A stretch of DNA of 64,000 nt from contig NC_043004.1 in assembly GCF_006345805.1 (NCBI RefSeq), forward strand, positions 99,448,001 to 99,512,000, read 5' to 3'. Shown in pieces: positions 39,761-53,994 of the stretch. A program made the translations under genes and the position numbers. A model generated the notes under the pieces. That model worked only from the letters and a program-made list of their open reading frames with translations. It did no database searches and was not told where the DNA came from. Every line of letters starts with the position of its first letter. The stretch's first letter is position 1. The stretch is from Octopus sinensis. Its lineage: Eukaryota.

Positions 39761-41633
39761 TTATAGGAATATTGTCTTCACCTGTACATCAATGAAAACG
39801 ATGATGACCTAGATATGTGCTGCCATGATTTAGGTTTAAATCAAAGTCCGATGTCCGTCCTGATCCAAGGATAAACGTGATCAAGACTATAAAAGATAGT
39901 TCAGAATGATGCGGATACTAATATTTCTTAAATGTCTCGTCGTACTTTCATTCCACACATTCTGAAAGAAGCATCTTGACAGTTGAGTCCATTATTATAT
40001 CCACAATGTCAAAACTGATTTTTATGTCTGGAAAGAAGCATCCTTGATATACATAGACCACCATTACATGGTCTATTCTGACTGTCAAAGCACTTTGTAG
40101 ATGGATAACCGCTGTACATGCTGAGCTTTCTAGGATTCGATGGAACTATCTGAATTGCAGAAAGAAGACTTAATTTAAAAGTGTCGTTGTTGAAACACAA
40201 ATAACTCACCAGACGCACAATACTGTCTTAATACTTTTTTTTTATTGTATTCTACATTCTGATTCCAAATTCCACCAGGTTTATCTTTGCATGATCTTGC
40301 CTTTTTAAATAATCAAGTACCCAGTAAGTACTAAGTTTTGTTTAATCAGCTGTACCCATTTTTTTCTCCCAAACGTGTATCCTTATATCTACCTCATATA
40401 TAATATATGTTTATGAAATTCTACAGTAATGCTAATGTATGAACAAAATACATGCTAATACATTATTAAAATGTCATGTTAATATTACGCAATTAAATAC
40501 ATGTTAATACTAGCGTATTAGAGAAATGTTAATACGGTAATTGAAAATACAAACACAATATTTCAATTTGATTTCTAACTTTGATATAAAGGTTTCCATT
40601 TGCTTTAGAAATTGTCAGATAATTTCAAATATTTATTTCATTGCGATTATACATACGTACATACATACGCGCAATTACACTCATACATTTATATTGCGTG
40701 TATGTATGTAAGTTTGTATGTATGTATGTATGTATGTATGTATGTATGTATGTATGTATGTATGTATGTATGTATATTAACATGCATGCATGTACCTATG
40801 ATATACGTGTAAGCTTTTAATCTCCAAATGATAGCAGAGTAAATAACTATAATTTGATATTTCTGCTGTGTGTATATACTCTTTCTGTTTCCTCTGTTTC
40901 GACCGTTTCCTTTTCCTTCTCTCTCCCTTCCCTCTCTGTCTCTCTATTTATCTACCTATCAGTCTATCTGCTTACCTATCTATTTCTCTATCTGTCTCTG
41001 TCTCTTGCATAACATGCATTTTTAAAATTTTAACTTGTTTATGTTTGGCAAAAGCTCTAATAGGAAATATAGCGTTTGATTAAATATGTTAAGTAATAAA
41101 TCTCACATATACACACATATATGTGTGCATGCGTGTTTGTATGTATATGTGTGAGCATGTATATGTATGTGTGCTTTCTTGTGTCTAAGAGTGAGTTTGT
41201 GTTCGCGATAAATGAATATATATATATAGTTGATAGATGAGATCCAAATATTCTCCGTATAGAATACACATAGTAATGCTCAATATATTTAAACTTGAGA
41301 GGGTATAGGTGTAAATGTAGGGAATGCAATTTAGTCAGCTCAATATATAAAGTATATTGTATACATGAAGTACAAAAAAATGCATATATATATATATACA
41401 TATATATAAAAAATCCCACTTACACCGAATAGAAATGATATAGAGAATTAAAAGAGATGAGGAAAAATATTACAAATCCAACAGCTGTTTCCAGGTGCTC
41501 GATGGTCCATAATAATATTTGTTGATTGATTCCATCATAGGATGAGATGAGCCTCCGGCTTCAGGGAGGAGATCTTACATTTGAGGAAAGAAGTTCAAAG
41601 ACGGAATCATTGCTTTCCCTACATTTACTTCTC

Positions 41634-41670
<37 letters not shown>

Positions 41671-41804
41671 GTCTGTCTCTCTGTCTCTCTCTGGCACTAG
41701 TATTGTTAGAAATAAGAGTCAAAACAACTCAATAGCTCTCATTTCTAGCAACGCCGGTACCATTTAATACTCTCTGTCACTTTTGTGTCATCTATATCTA
41801 TCTG

Positions 41805-41985
<181 letters not shown>

Positions 41986-43170
41986 ATAAAGACAATTGTA
42001 CATATACACGCTCATAGACACTCAAACAAATTGTGTGTGGTTTTCCTTGGATATAGGCTTGTGCTTCGAATGAAGATGCATAATATAGTTTACATGCTTA
42101 TTAGTCATTTGACAGTTGGTAAAGAAAGAGCAGAAGAATATTTTCAGCAGCGGAAAAAATATATATAAACTTGAGCATTTGTGAGTAAATGTTTGCATAT
42201 ATTCTCGGTTTTTAAATTTTACAAGAAAAATTAGAATTCAAAATATTATAATCAATTATGAAGAAATAAATATTTTGCTATATCATCTCACATGTTTTTA
42301 ACGTTATATATATTAAATAAAATCTCTCTTCGGAGATTAGTCTGAAAAATCTTCAGCGATTACTTATCACTTGTACATAAATTTGTCTAGGTGCGTAATA
42401 TGGCTTCAATGAGCGTCGCATAACTATAGCATTTATTTAGGTGGCAGAATTTTTAAATACCTAGCGAAGGGGAGGGCAGTTTTATTTGTCATAGCAGATA
42501 AGCAATAAGTAACTATGTTTTCATTCTGCTCATAATAAGGGATAGAGAGATAAAGTAACAGACGTCGAGTTTCAAAAATCCCAATGGGATATTTCTATAT
42601 TTTGTAGTTAGTGATGAACGGAGATGTTTATGGCCATGGAAGCTATATTACTGTCGAGAGGTGGTCATTAAGAATGTTGAAGCTTATATCCAAGTGTTGC
42701 GAAATCTATGAAGATATAATTATATAAATTCGTCCCCAGTCGAAAGACGTCTGTTGTTATGTCCTGTTATTATTATTATTATTGTTATTTTTATTGTATT
42801 TTTGTATTTATATTCGTATAACATCGTCTGTTTTTCCGTCTTTGTTTTCGTATACATTCGATGCTTTTTTCCAAGTAATTTAATGCTCTTAGCTTAGTTC
42901 TTCCTTGGGGCTGGCCATATTGGAGCAATCTCAAGATTAATCAGACGAAATTGCGAGGATGATCGGGTTCTTGACTGAAGACAAAAGGCTTCGAATGACC
43001 TCTCCTTGTTCTTTTGTATCGTCTATCTGGATGTTTTCTCCCTTTTTATATCACCTAGTTGTCCGGATGTTTTGCGTTCTTGTCCCATTTTGCATTTTAT
43101 TATATATATATATATATATATTATATAGCAGCGTACGTACACTTTGTTCTCTTATATGTAAGTACACATT

Positions 43171-43230
<60 letters not shown>

Positions 43231-43232
<2 letters not shown>

Positions 43233-43432
43233 TGGAGTGCTGTAAAGTCCTTGGCTTTGTGTAAAAGAACATACAAGAAGATCAGTTCATTATGATTTTA
43301 TTCACATATTCCCCTTTCAGATTCATACTTTTTCGCAACGACCTTAATTTTTTCTAAGAACTCGGGAGGTTTGGCCTCCAACCAGGCCTTTCGCGAGTTC
43401 CTTAAGGCTTGTAAATTTTCAGCACCCCCTCG
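43231..43432 (-). mobile_element. Mariner-derived MITE (~200 bp)
   Basis: Ends gagtgctgtaaagtccttggcttt and ttttcagcaccccctcg; reverse-complement homolog of the 48449 and 50604 copies. Confidence 0.8.
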
Positions 43433-44909
43433 CTTTACTTCATTGCGTAAAAGAAAGGCGTATATGCAGTCTTAATATATTTTAACTTTAAATCACATAC
43501 GTCACTCAAAAGCCGAGAATATTGTGCGTTGGTATTTTTATATTCCGTTTATGGTGTTCCTGGATGAAATAATTTTAGTGAGAAAACTCAAAGTTCATTA
43601 AACCAAATATATCTGTCACATATATCATACCGACTTTTCTGCATGGGACGAAACAAAGACTTCACTTTACATTGCAAGATTTCAACAACGAATTCAGTTC
43701 TGAATAAACCAATAATTTGCCAAATCTACCAGTTGAATATTTCTCACATGAATTACAGAAATATTAATGGAAAAAAGGAGTTATAAACAATAGAATGTGA
43801 CAGTTATGCCTTTCGAACATTAGCATTAAAATATAACAGTAACAGCGATAATGAAGTTTTATTTAAGATATATTTCATTGTTTCTGATATTTCGAGTTAA
43901 AATTCCTTTTCAAACCTTTAAAGAAAGTAAAAATGAAATGAAAAAGTGTTTATTTCCTTGGCGTATCACATCCTTTATGCATGCTAACAATCTAGACTGT
44001 TAATTTATCTGTCGCCTTCAATAATATGCTCATATATTATATGTTTGTGTGTGTGTAGATGGGTGTGTGCGCGCGTGTGTATGTTTGAGTGTGTATGCCT
44101 GCATATGTGCGTGTATGTATGTATGAATATATACATTTTCCAATGCTTCAACAAAGATCACTTTTCTAAAAACATTTTATTTAAATATGTTTATTTACAA
44201 ACACGTAGCTGGACAAACAAAGAGGCATGCAAATCTATGTACAAGCATGTATATGCATTCACAAATTTGTATGTATATACGTATGTATATTCTTACACAC
44301 GTATATATGGTTATGGCTCATAAGTCACTGAAATAATATTGGGAAACAAAGGACTCAATAATCTTATTAGTTAAGATGGGAGCGGGAGAGAGAGAGGGAG
44401 GCAGAGAGAGAAGGAGAGAGTTAGGTAATGATTGAAATAAATAAATAAGACTACTTGGGATAGATATAAAAAATATACATACATTTATACATGTAAAGCG
44501 AGACAAAGACTGAAGATACGCAGGCAATGGACATATATGTATAAATACATGGAAACAAATTAACAGAGCAGATTTACACAGATGACAAAAGCACTGACAA
44601 CTAAGGGGAGAGGGTAAGGAAAATCAGGTCCGACGGCTGTTTCTAGAAGCTCGGGATTATGTAAGAATATTGGCAGATGCAGTTCAAAACACGGTGATAA
44701 CTACGCAAGTGTTGGTGGATGCATACGGACATTAGGTATATTTGGCATCTGTCTTCAGGGTAGAAAGATTGGCATATATATTTTAGATTATTATGAAGAC
44801 AAATTTATATCCTGGATGTGATATTGTTTTTCCTTTCCATTTATGCAAATCGTCACATTAAACGGGGACACCCTGTACGTAACCATATATATATATATTA
44901 TATATATAT

Positions 44910-44946
<37 letters not shown>

Positions 44947-45227
44947 GTGGTGTGTGTGTGTGTATGTGTGTGTACATATACATATATATATATATATACA
45001 TATATATAAAAAGACATAAATATAAATAATAAACATATAAATACACATATTTTGTATATATATATTTTATATATAGAGATATAGATATATATGTATATGT
45101 ATGTATGTATGTATATATACATATATATATGCATATATATGTATATATATTCATATACATATATATACATATATATATATATACACATATAAATATATAT
45201 CTATTTATCTATACACACACACACACA

Positions 45228-45280
<53 letters not shown>

Positions 45281-45338
45281 GGTTATGAGAGATAATGGTG
45301 TCAAGAAGACCCATAGGCTTCAGGTAATGCTGAGTAAA

Positions 45339-45694
45339 TGCTATGGACAAACTATAGTTAAGCACCAGGTTCAGTGATTATGCGAAGGGGGAGTCCAACG
45401 TAGGTCATATATAAGCATAAATATATATAAAAATTGTATATATAAGTTTTAATTTCTAGAATAATGATTGCTTAACCATTTTCTCGAACCGTCTCCCATG
45501 AAGGGATATAAAATTTTCCCACAAACAGCTGTAAGACCTCTTTTTAAATGCTCTGAAATCATTCAAAGCCTTGGATTTTTATCTCATTTTGTAAAATTTT
45601 TATATATATGCATGGATGCTATATATGACCTACGTTGGACTCCTCATTCGCATATTCACCGAACCTGGAACCTAACTATGGTCTGTCCATAGCA
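45339..45694. mobile_element. Fold-back element with ~97-bp inverted arms and a degenerate central hammerhead motif
   Basis: Arms 45339-45435 and 45595-45694 (tgctatggac...ggagtccaacgtaggtcatatata versus its reverse complement). Confidence 0.85.
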
Positions 45695-45904
45695 CTTATA
45701 TAATATATATATATATATATATATAATATATATATATATATATTATATATATATATATATATATAATAAATATTAGGGAATAAATCCAAACTTACAGGGA
45801 AAAATCAGATTTAGGATTGAATCCAATTTTATAGTAAAATATTGTATTATATTAAATTGTATTATTAAATTCATTGTTTAAACCTCGCCAAGATAATATT
45901 TAAA

Positions 45905-45967
45905 CCACCTGATGAATGACTATGACTTGAAAATTTAAGAATTAACAGCCATGAAACGATCGTAGTG
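45905..45967 (+). ncRNA. Minimal type I hammerhead ribozyme motif
   Basis: cCAC-CTGATGA-ATGACT...AGCCAT-GAAA-CGATCG-TA^-GTG: intact core, palindromic stem III, GUA triplet, 5 of 6 pairs in stem II. Confidence 0.72.
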
Positions 45968-46312
45968 ATATATTATATTTTTTTTAATAATTTTTTATAT
46001 ATTTAAATAATATAAATTAAATAATCTTATGTATTGGCTTAAGTTTTTTATTGTATGATTTGCCGAATAGTGGTTTTGTCTCTAATTTAATATAATATAT
46101 ATATATATAATAAATATTAGGGAATAAATCCAAACTTACAGGGAAAAATCAGATTTAGGATTGAATCCAATTTTATAGGAAAATATTATATTATATTAAA
46201 TTAGAGACAAAACCACTATTAGGCAAATCAAACAATGAAAGACTTAAGCCAATACATAAATTAGTTTATATTATTTAAATATGTAACAATTATTAAAAAA
46301 TATAATTAATAT

Positions 46313-46375
46313 CCACTACGATCGTTTCCTGTCTGCTGTCATCAAATTTTTGAGTTGCAGTCATTCATCAGGTGG
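46313..46375 (-). ncRNA. Minimal type I hammerhead ribozyme motif (inverted paralog of 45905)
   Basis: Minus strand CCAC-CTGATGA-ATGACTGC...GCAGACAG-GAAA-CGATCG-TA^-GTGG: 4-bp stem I, 6 of 8 pairs in stem II. Confidence 0.72.
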
Positions 46376-46403
46376 TTTCAAATTTTTTCTTGGCGAGTTT
46401 TTA

Positions 46404-46454
<51 letters not shown>

Positions 46455-47424
46455 ATATATATATATGGAGAGAGAGAGAGAGGAGAGAGTGGTGAGACAA
46501 GTATACTTACAAATATACATATATGCATATAAATATATACATATATTCTCATCAAGATGCACCCATATGCATGCTCCCGCGCTGTCACTTTTACAGGCGC
46601 ACACTCATGACACACGTAGTTCAATATTCTCACAGGAGAAACTCAAACACTTGAATATATGCACAAACACGTATACATTTACAAACATATATTTAATCAA
46701 AACACATACTTCCAACACAGATTTCTTGCAACGAAGTATACGTATATGCAAAAACATAAATGAAGCACATACATATTTTTATACATATAAATAGACACAT
46801 TCGAACGCAAAAACACATGCACACGAACACAAAAACACTGATATACAATCATAATATATTTAGCACGCAAAAACACTTTGACATATAATCATAGTATATT
46901 TCGTATACGTATTTACGTAACTAACGTACGCATTCCGTTTAATACATAGCACTTTCCGCGAAATATCTATACAAAGCGACAATACAAAATATTAGAGAGA
47001 AAAACGAAAGCAAACATAAATGTGTGCGAGTACTCACACACACAGAGACGTCTATGCGAAGAGGCCAAAATAACTTCTAGTGTTTGCCAGTTCAGAAGTC
47101 AAGAATATTCATAGAAATATCGACTGCTAAAATACAAAGGTTAGGGCTTCAATCTGATTCCAGATTTTTAATCAGCTGCAAATATGAGTCCGCAAATCTT
47201 GATTCCATATATATGCGGCGGTGTGCGGATGTTACTGACGATGATTTCGTGGGGAAGGGGGGAAGAAATATAATAATAATAATAATAATAATAATACTAA
47301 ATAAATCATAGACGCACACATGGGCATATGTGTATGTTTGTATATTGTTTTGCGTTATTGCGAACGTGTGAGTGTGTGTGTGTATGCAAAAATTGAAACG
47401 CATGAGTAACACGCATACATCATA

Positions 47425-47458
<34 letters not shown>

Positions 47459-47466
47459 TATGTATG

Positions 47467-47506
<40 letters not shown>

Positions 47507-48448
47507 AGCGTAAATATATATATCAACTCTCAACACTCATATATAACTATGTGCGCGAGCGTGTGTGTGTGTGTTTGTTTGCGCATACGTGTGCGTGTGC
47601 GCGTGCATGTGCGTGTGTGTGTGTGAGCCCAAATCAATGTATATGTCATTATGTCTATTAAAGCTGCTAATATAAATCCTGGAATACATATATGAATATG
47701 CACAGAGAGGCATTCACATACACAATCCGCCATAATGTATTCCATAAAGACCATTACTGACGTGTACTAAATATGCTAAAATTATATTCTGAAAAAAAAA
47801 ACATCCACTTTCATATCATATAAGATTATGTGTATCTATATGCTCTGCAGGCAGTCGTAATATATAATTGAGTATGTTTGCATGTGTTGGCACACGTATG
47901 CGTGTCTGTGCTTCTACATAATTTTACCCATTTCATTTGTTTTTGAAAGGATAGTGAAATAATTAATTTTAATTCCTACCCTAAGACAAAAGCCCACAGA
48001 ATATCAAACATTTCTCATATGTCTGAAAGTTATCATCGATAAAAAAATATATTCATCAGATACGATATATAAATACTATAATCGGTAAAACATCGTAGCT
48101 CTTCGACCCACAGATAATTTAGTGTCAAAACGTGAATGTAATTATAACGCTCCGTTACACTAGTTTTCCCAAAGCTGACTGCGATGCTGCTGTAATTTTA
48201 TGCGTTCATTATTTTTAAATCAGTATTATTCGTTTTATATGACCTGATTAGCTTCAACTATTCTCATTATCTGTACAAGACCATCGCTAGTATTGAGATA
48301 GACATGACTAAAATTCGTATATTTTTCAGTCACTATCAGTTTTAAAATGTGCCTCGATGAATGAAAACAGATATTGTATGAATATTTGTATGAAAATGAA
48401 TTCCGCCAAAGGCATCTTGTCAATATCGTGGTGTTAGAGCAATAATTA

Positions 48449-48661
48449 GAGGTGCTGAAAACTTCCTGGCTTTAAGGGTGTCGCAAAAATCCTGGTTGAT
48501 GGCCCAAACATCTGAGTTCTGTTACAGGGCGTAGCAAAACTGAAGGACCGCTACAATAAGTGTGTGCATCTGAGAGAGGAATATGTTGAATAATATTAAC
48601 TGATGCTCGAGTATTTTTTTCTTTTTTACCCAAAGCCATGAAATTGTTAACACTCCCTCGT
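48449..48661 (+). mobile_element. Mariner-derived MITE
   Basis: TIR-like gaggtgctgaaaacttcctggcttt ... aaagccatgaaattgttaacactccctc; internal LKDRYNKCVHL..EYVE resembles a mariner C-terminus. Confidence 0.8.
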
Positions 48662-48718
48662 TGACATAATTAGAACTGCACATCTGCAACGATCCATCAT
48701 AACAATATTTTATTGTGT

Positions 48719-48895
48719 GGGCGCAGAAGTGGCTGCCTGGTAAGTAGCTTGCTTACCAACCACATGGTTCTGGGTTGAGTCCCACTGCGTGGTACCTTGG
48801 GCAAGTGTCTTCTACTATAGCTTCGGGCTAACCAAATCCTTGTGAGTGGATTGGTAGACGGAAACTGAAAGAAGCCCGTGGTATATATGTATATT
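48719..48895 (+). mobile_element. SINE family B, 5' half
   Basis: ggcgcagaagtggctg...aaagaagcccgt, then (TA)n. Confidence 0.85.
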
Positions 48896-48903
48896 ATATA
48901 TAT

Positions 48904-48965
<62 letters not shown>

Positions 48966-50603
48966 ATAGATGAGTGTATTTTACCTTGTTAACAATTAAC
49001 ACGGATAAATGAATGAATAGTTACCAGGGCAGCAAAAGCTCACAAGTAAAGATGTTGTAACTCCTTGTTTATAAAGGTTGAAACTTCGTGTTTACGTTGA
49101 ATATTTGAATAATAGGAATAAAAAATTAATAGCGTTCTGTCTATCGCTATACGTATCCATCATTTTTTGCTAAAATGTCGTATTGACAAGTTTCGTTTTT
49201 TCACTTTCCCGAAGAGAAGATTGCATTGTTTATACCTTTTATTCTTTTGAATAAGTATCAGTGGAATTTTTGAAACTTATGTAGAAAGAAAAAATACTTG
49301 TTTAAACCTGTGTTGACTCCATTTTTTATTCCTATATATATTATATATATATTATATATATATATATATATGTATGTGTATATATACATATATATATATA
49401 TGTATGTATGTGTGTAAATGTTTGTGTGTCTGTGTTTGTTGAACCGATCCCTCTTAGTCGTTATTCATCAGATGCTTCTTTGTATAACAGAATATGTAGA
49501 GTAATAGGCTACTGCTGCCGGCCATCATTGCAGCGGTGAAAGTGAAACCACCCTTTATTCGTTGAGCCCATATCACTCTTTCACACAATTACACGATAGA
49601 TATTCATAAGAAACAAAATTAATCCTACCTCTTCATCTCATATCATTTTGGAGACTCGACAATTTGAAAATGTGCCCCAAGAACACGGCATATCACTTAC
49701 AGAAACTCTTCATACAGTAATTTAGCATGAAACTTCATATTGTGCTTCACAGATAATAAAACATATGGAAATACGATATATTTGCTGGTAGTAGAAAAAT
49801 ATATTCTGCTAAATTGCATTTCTGGGTTTGTTTTTCGATAGAAAATTACCAAGTATTATACAAGAAAGATATCAAAAATCCAGATTAACACAGAATTGTA
49901 GGAAGTGGGTTTTGGATAGGCGTTTTACTTGTTTTAGCTTTCATTCACACACGTAATAACGTGTTTGTTTGAAGATGCCTTAGAAAAGCTGAATGAAAAG
50001 AGCTTACACAAAGCTTTCATTAGGCCTGAATTAAATTCGCTTTTAAAGATTTTTCTGATATACATTTTGTAATTTGAATATTGTAAGGATGTAAAATATT
50101 GAACAATGCCGAACATATTAAGTACCGATGTTCATAATGCCAGTTTACGTATAAAGCTTATGATCTAGATATAGATCATCTAGAAGGAAGCGTTATACAT
50201 TCAGGTTAACACTGCTTAACTGATGAAGTTAGGGTATCAACTTAGCACGGAACTGGAAGTCATGTATACACATAAACACTTATGCACACGCGCTCGTTCG
50301 CCACTCCACACACGCACACATACACATTGTGTTACGTTAAAAAGCGGTGAATGCTACCAGAATTGTCAAATACAAGAAACTACTCCAAATCGTTCTTAGA
50401 ATATCCACATAAGTGGAGTCTTTACTGGCTCGTTTGTACTGGCACCGAGTGGAATACTTAGGAATAATAATGAAATTTTGAAATTATTTAATACATACGT
50501 TACAGGTCTTCATAATATATACTATGAAATGCGTCCCTCATGTAAACCTCTCTCAATCAAAGCAATTCAAAATATGGAGAAATTGACGGACATATTGCAA
50601 TTG

Positions 50604-50808
50604 GAAAGGGTGCTGAAAAATTCCTGGCTTTAAGGTTATCACGAAAGGCCTGTTTAGAGGCAAAACATTCCAAGTTCTTTTGCAGAGCTTCGAAAAACTG
50701 AATAACCAATGAAATAAGCGTGAGAATCTGAGAGGTGAATATATTGAATAAAATTAACTGATACTCATGTGTTTTCTTTTACCCAAAGAAAACTTCTCAG
50801 CACCCTTC
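50604..50808 (+). mobile_element. Mariner-derived MITE
   Basis: gaaagggtgctgaaaaattcctggcttt ... cttctcagcacccttc; homologous to the 48449 copy. Confidence 0.8.
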
Positions 50809-51117
50809 AGGTATATGTGTGGGTAGGGCAGTAAGTCCTTACAAATATTTCTTGGCATTAGTTATGGGTCGGACTGACCATAGTAAGGTATTTGAACCAT
50901 GAATACACTGTCTTTTATTGTTTTCCTCCCTATTTTATCTTATACAGGACGACATGATGTAAACGGTCAGAGATTTGATAGTGAACTCCAGCAGATGAAG
51001 TGTCACCATAAATACTTCCTAACTGATACGCATTTGTATATTTTCTGTTGGTATTCATCCCTATGTAATGTCTTATTGAGATGTCCTATGATATAAAATA
51101 CATTTGTGCTTAATACC

Positions 51118-51348
51118 TATTTCTTTATTACCCACAAGGGGCTAAATACAGAGGGGACAAACAAGGACAGACATAGGTATTAAGTCGATTACATCAACCC
51201 CAGTGCGTAACTGGTACTTAATTTATCGACCCCGAAAGGATGAAAGGCAAAGTCGACCTCGGCGGAATTTGAAATCGCAACGTAACGGCAGACGAAATAC
51301 CGCTAAGCATTTCGCCCGGTGTGCTAACGTTTCTGCCAGCTCGCCGCC
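51118..51348 (-). mobile_element. SINE family C, well-conserved monomer
   Basis: Reverse complement of the 22726-22956 unit along its whole length. Confidence 0.92.
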
Positions 51349-52040
51349 TTTGTGCTTAATTCCTGGAGAACAACGATATCTGCTGTCGCCTTCATATTTT
51401 GAAGACAGCAGACTGCAGCATAACGTACATTTGACTACTATTTCTTGCATTTCTAAGAGTTACTACATACTTCTGCTTATGGAGTCAATAACAGCAACAA
51501 TTTTGGAGACAGCAGCATATTTATTACTGCTGTCGTATATTATATATCACAATAGAGAAATATCAGATTTATCAAGAAATTCAAAAATTACTTTAGTCAA
51601 GTAGTGAATGTAAGTGGAGTGATTTGTTCACGTTATAACTATGCATAACTGTAAGTATGCGTGGGGTGGTAACAGTTGGCGGTCGGTAGGCCGCTGTACA
51701 TTATTGAACACATTAAAATACTTACACAAGCGCAAACACGCACATACTTATGCTTCGGAATATAAATATGTAACTATCCTTTTATACCTTTATTTTTTGT
51801 CTCCTAAGCTGTCCTTTCACTCTCTGTACCTACTTCTGTCAGTGTGTATGTGTGTGTGTGTGTCTCTCTCTCTCTCTCTATCACACACATACATATGCGC
51901 TTGTTCCATATTATATACACATATACACATACATATACCTTTTGCGTATGTGCTATATTTTATGTCAACTATGAATATGTAATTACATATATACGCTTAT
52001 GAGTTATGTGCGAGTGTGCTTGTATGTATATGAGCATATG

Positions 52041-52086
<46 letters not shown>

Positions 52087-52212
52087 GCGTGTGTGCGTCT
52101 ATGTGTATATATTTATAGGAACACGTTATGTACATATATATTTTTGTGAGTGTTCATGTATATATATATCTTTATAAATATGCATGTGTGTGTATGTGTA
52201 ACTATATATATA

Positions 52213-52282
<70 letters not shown>

Positions 52283-52373
52283 CTAGATATAGAGATATGT
52301 ATATATATGCATATATATATGTATATATATCTTTACATATATATATGTATGTAAATATATGTATATATATATG

Positions 52374-52446
<73 letters not shown>

Positions 52447-52456
52447 TAGGTAGGTA

Positions 52457-52568
<112 letters not shown>

Positions 52569-53079
52569 AATGTATGAATTTGTGAATGTTAGTGTGAGTC
52601 AGTGTATTTATATTTGTAGGATTTTGTACTAAATGATGTTTTTGTGTTGAGGAATTCATTTGCAATTCATATAAATCTCTAAATTATAGGGTATTACAAT
52701 AGAAGATGGTATAAGAAAATGAATTGAATGCTATAGAAATATTTTCCCTCGTCTCAGTTGTCCTTCCTTTATTTCCTGTCTTAGACAATTTGAATCTGAA
52801 ATAAAGAGTAGCATTAAGAGGAAACATTGTGAGAAAAGGTGAAGAAAGAAGAGTAACGGGAGAAAAACAAAATGGGGTTCAGTTCATTATAAATGTACAT
52901 ATCAACCATAGTTTTGAGGAAATCCATTAGATTAAACAGAATATAAAATATAAAAAGATAAATTAAATAAAATTTAAAAAAGAAACGGAATTCATTTTAG
53001 AGAATATTGTCTATACTAACTGAAAGATTGAAATTCAATCAAACATTTTCCTTAAATGCTGTGATATGATGATAATAAC

Positions 53080-53991
<912 letters not shown>

Positions 53992-53994
53992 AAG

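Larger units (their letters stand above)
45765..46397. mobile_element. Penelope-like pseudo-LTR rearrangement (A-B-A-B') with two inverted hammerheads
   Basis: Direct repeats 45765-45859 and 46109-46202; inverted ~210-bp arms 45884-46097 and 46188-46397; TA tracts on both sides. Confidence 0.85.

Noticed and set aside
42940-43000. CTGAAGA (42975) within a TA-adjacent repeat-like fragment
   Set aside because: No GAAA with a pairing stem II or III in a valid order; it may be a PLE relic, but no HHR is supported.
49441-49480. Minus-strand CTGATGA followed by a short stem
   Set aside because: It ends before any GAAA or stem III, so it is too incomplete to call.
50215-50260. CTGATGA-AGTT...AACT
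   Set aside because: No GAAA after the hairpin and no stem I partner.
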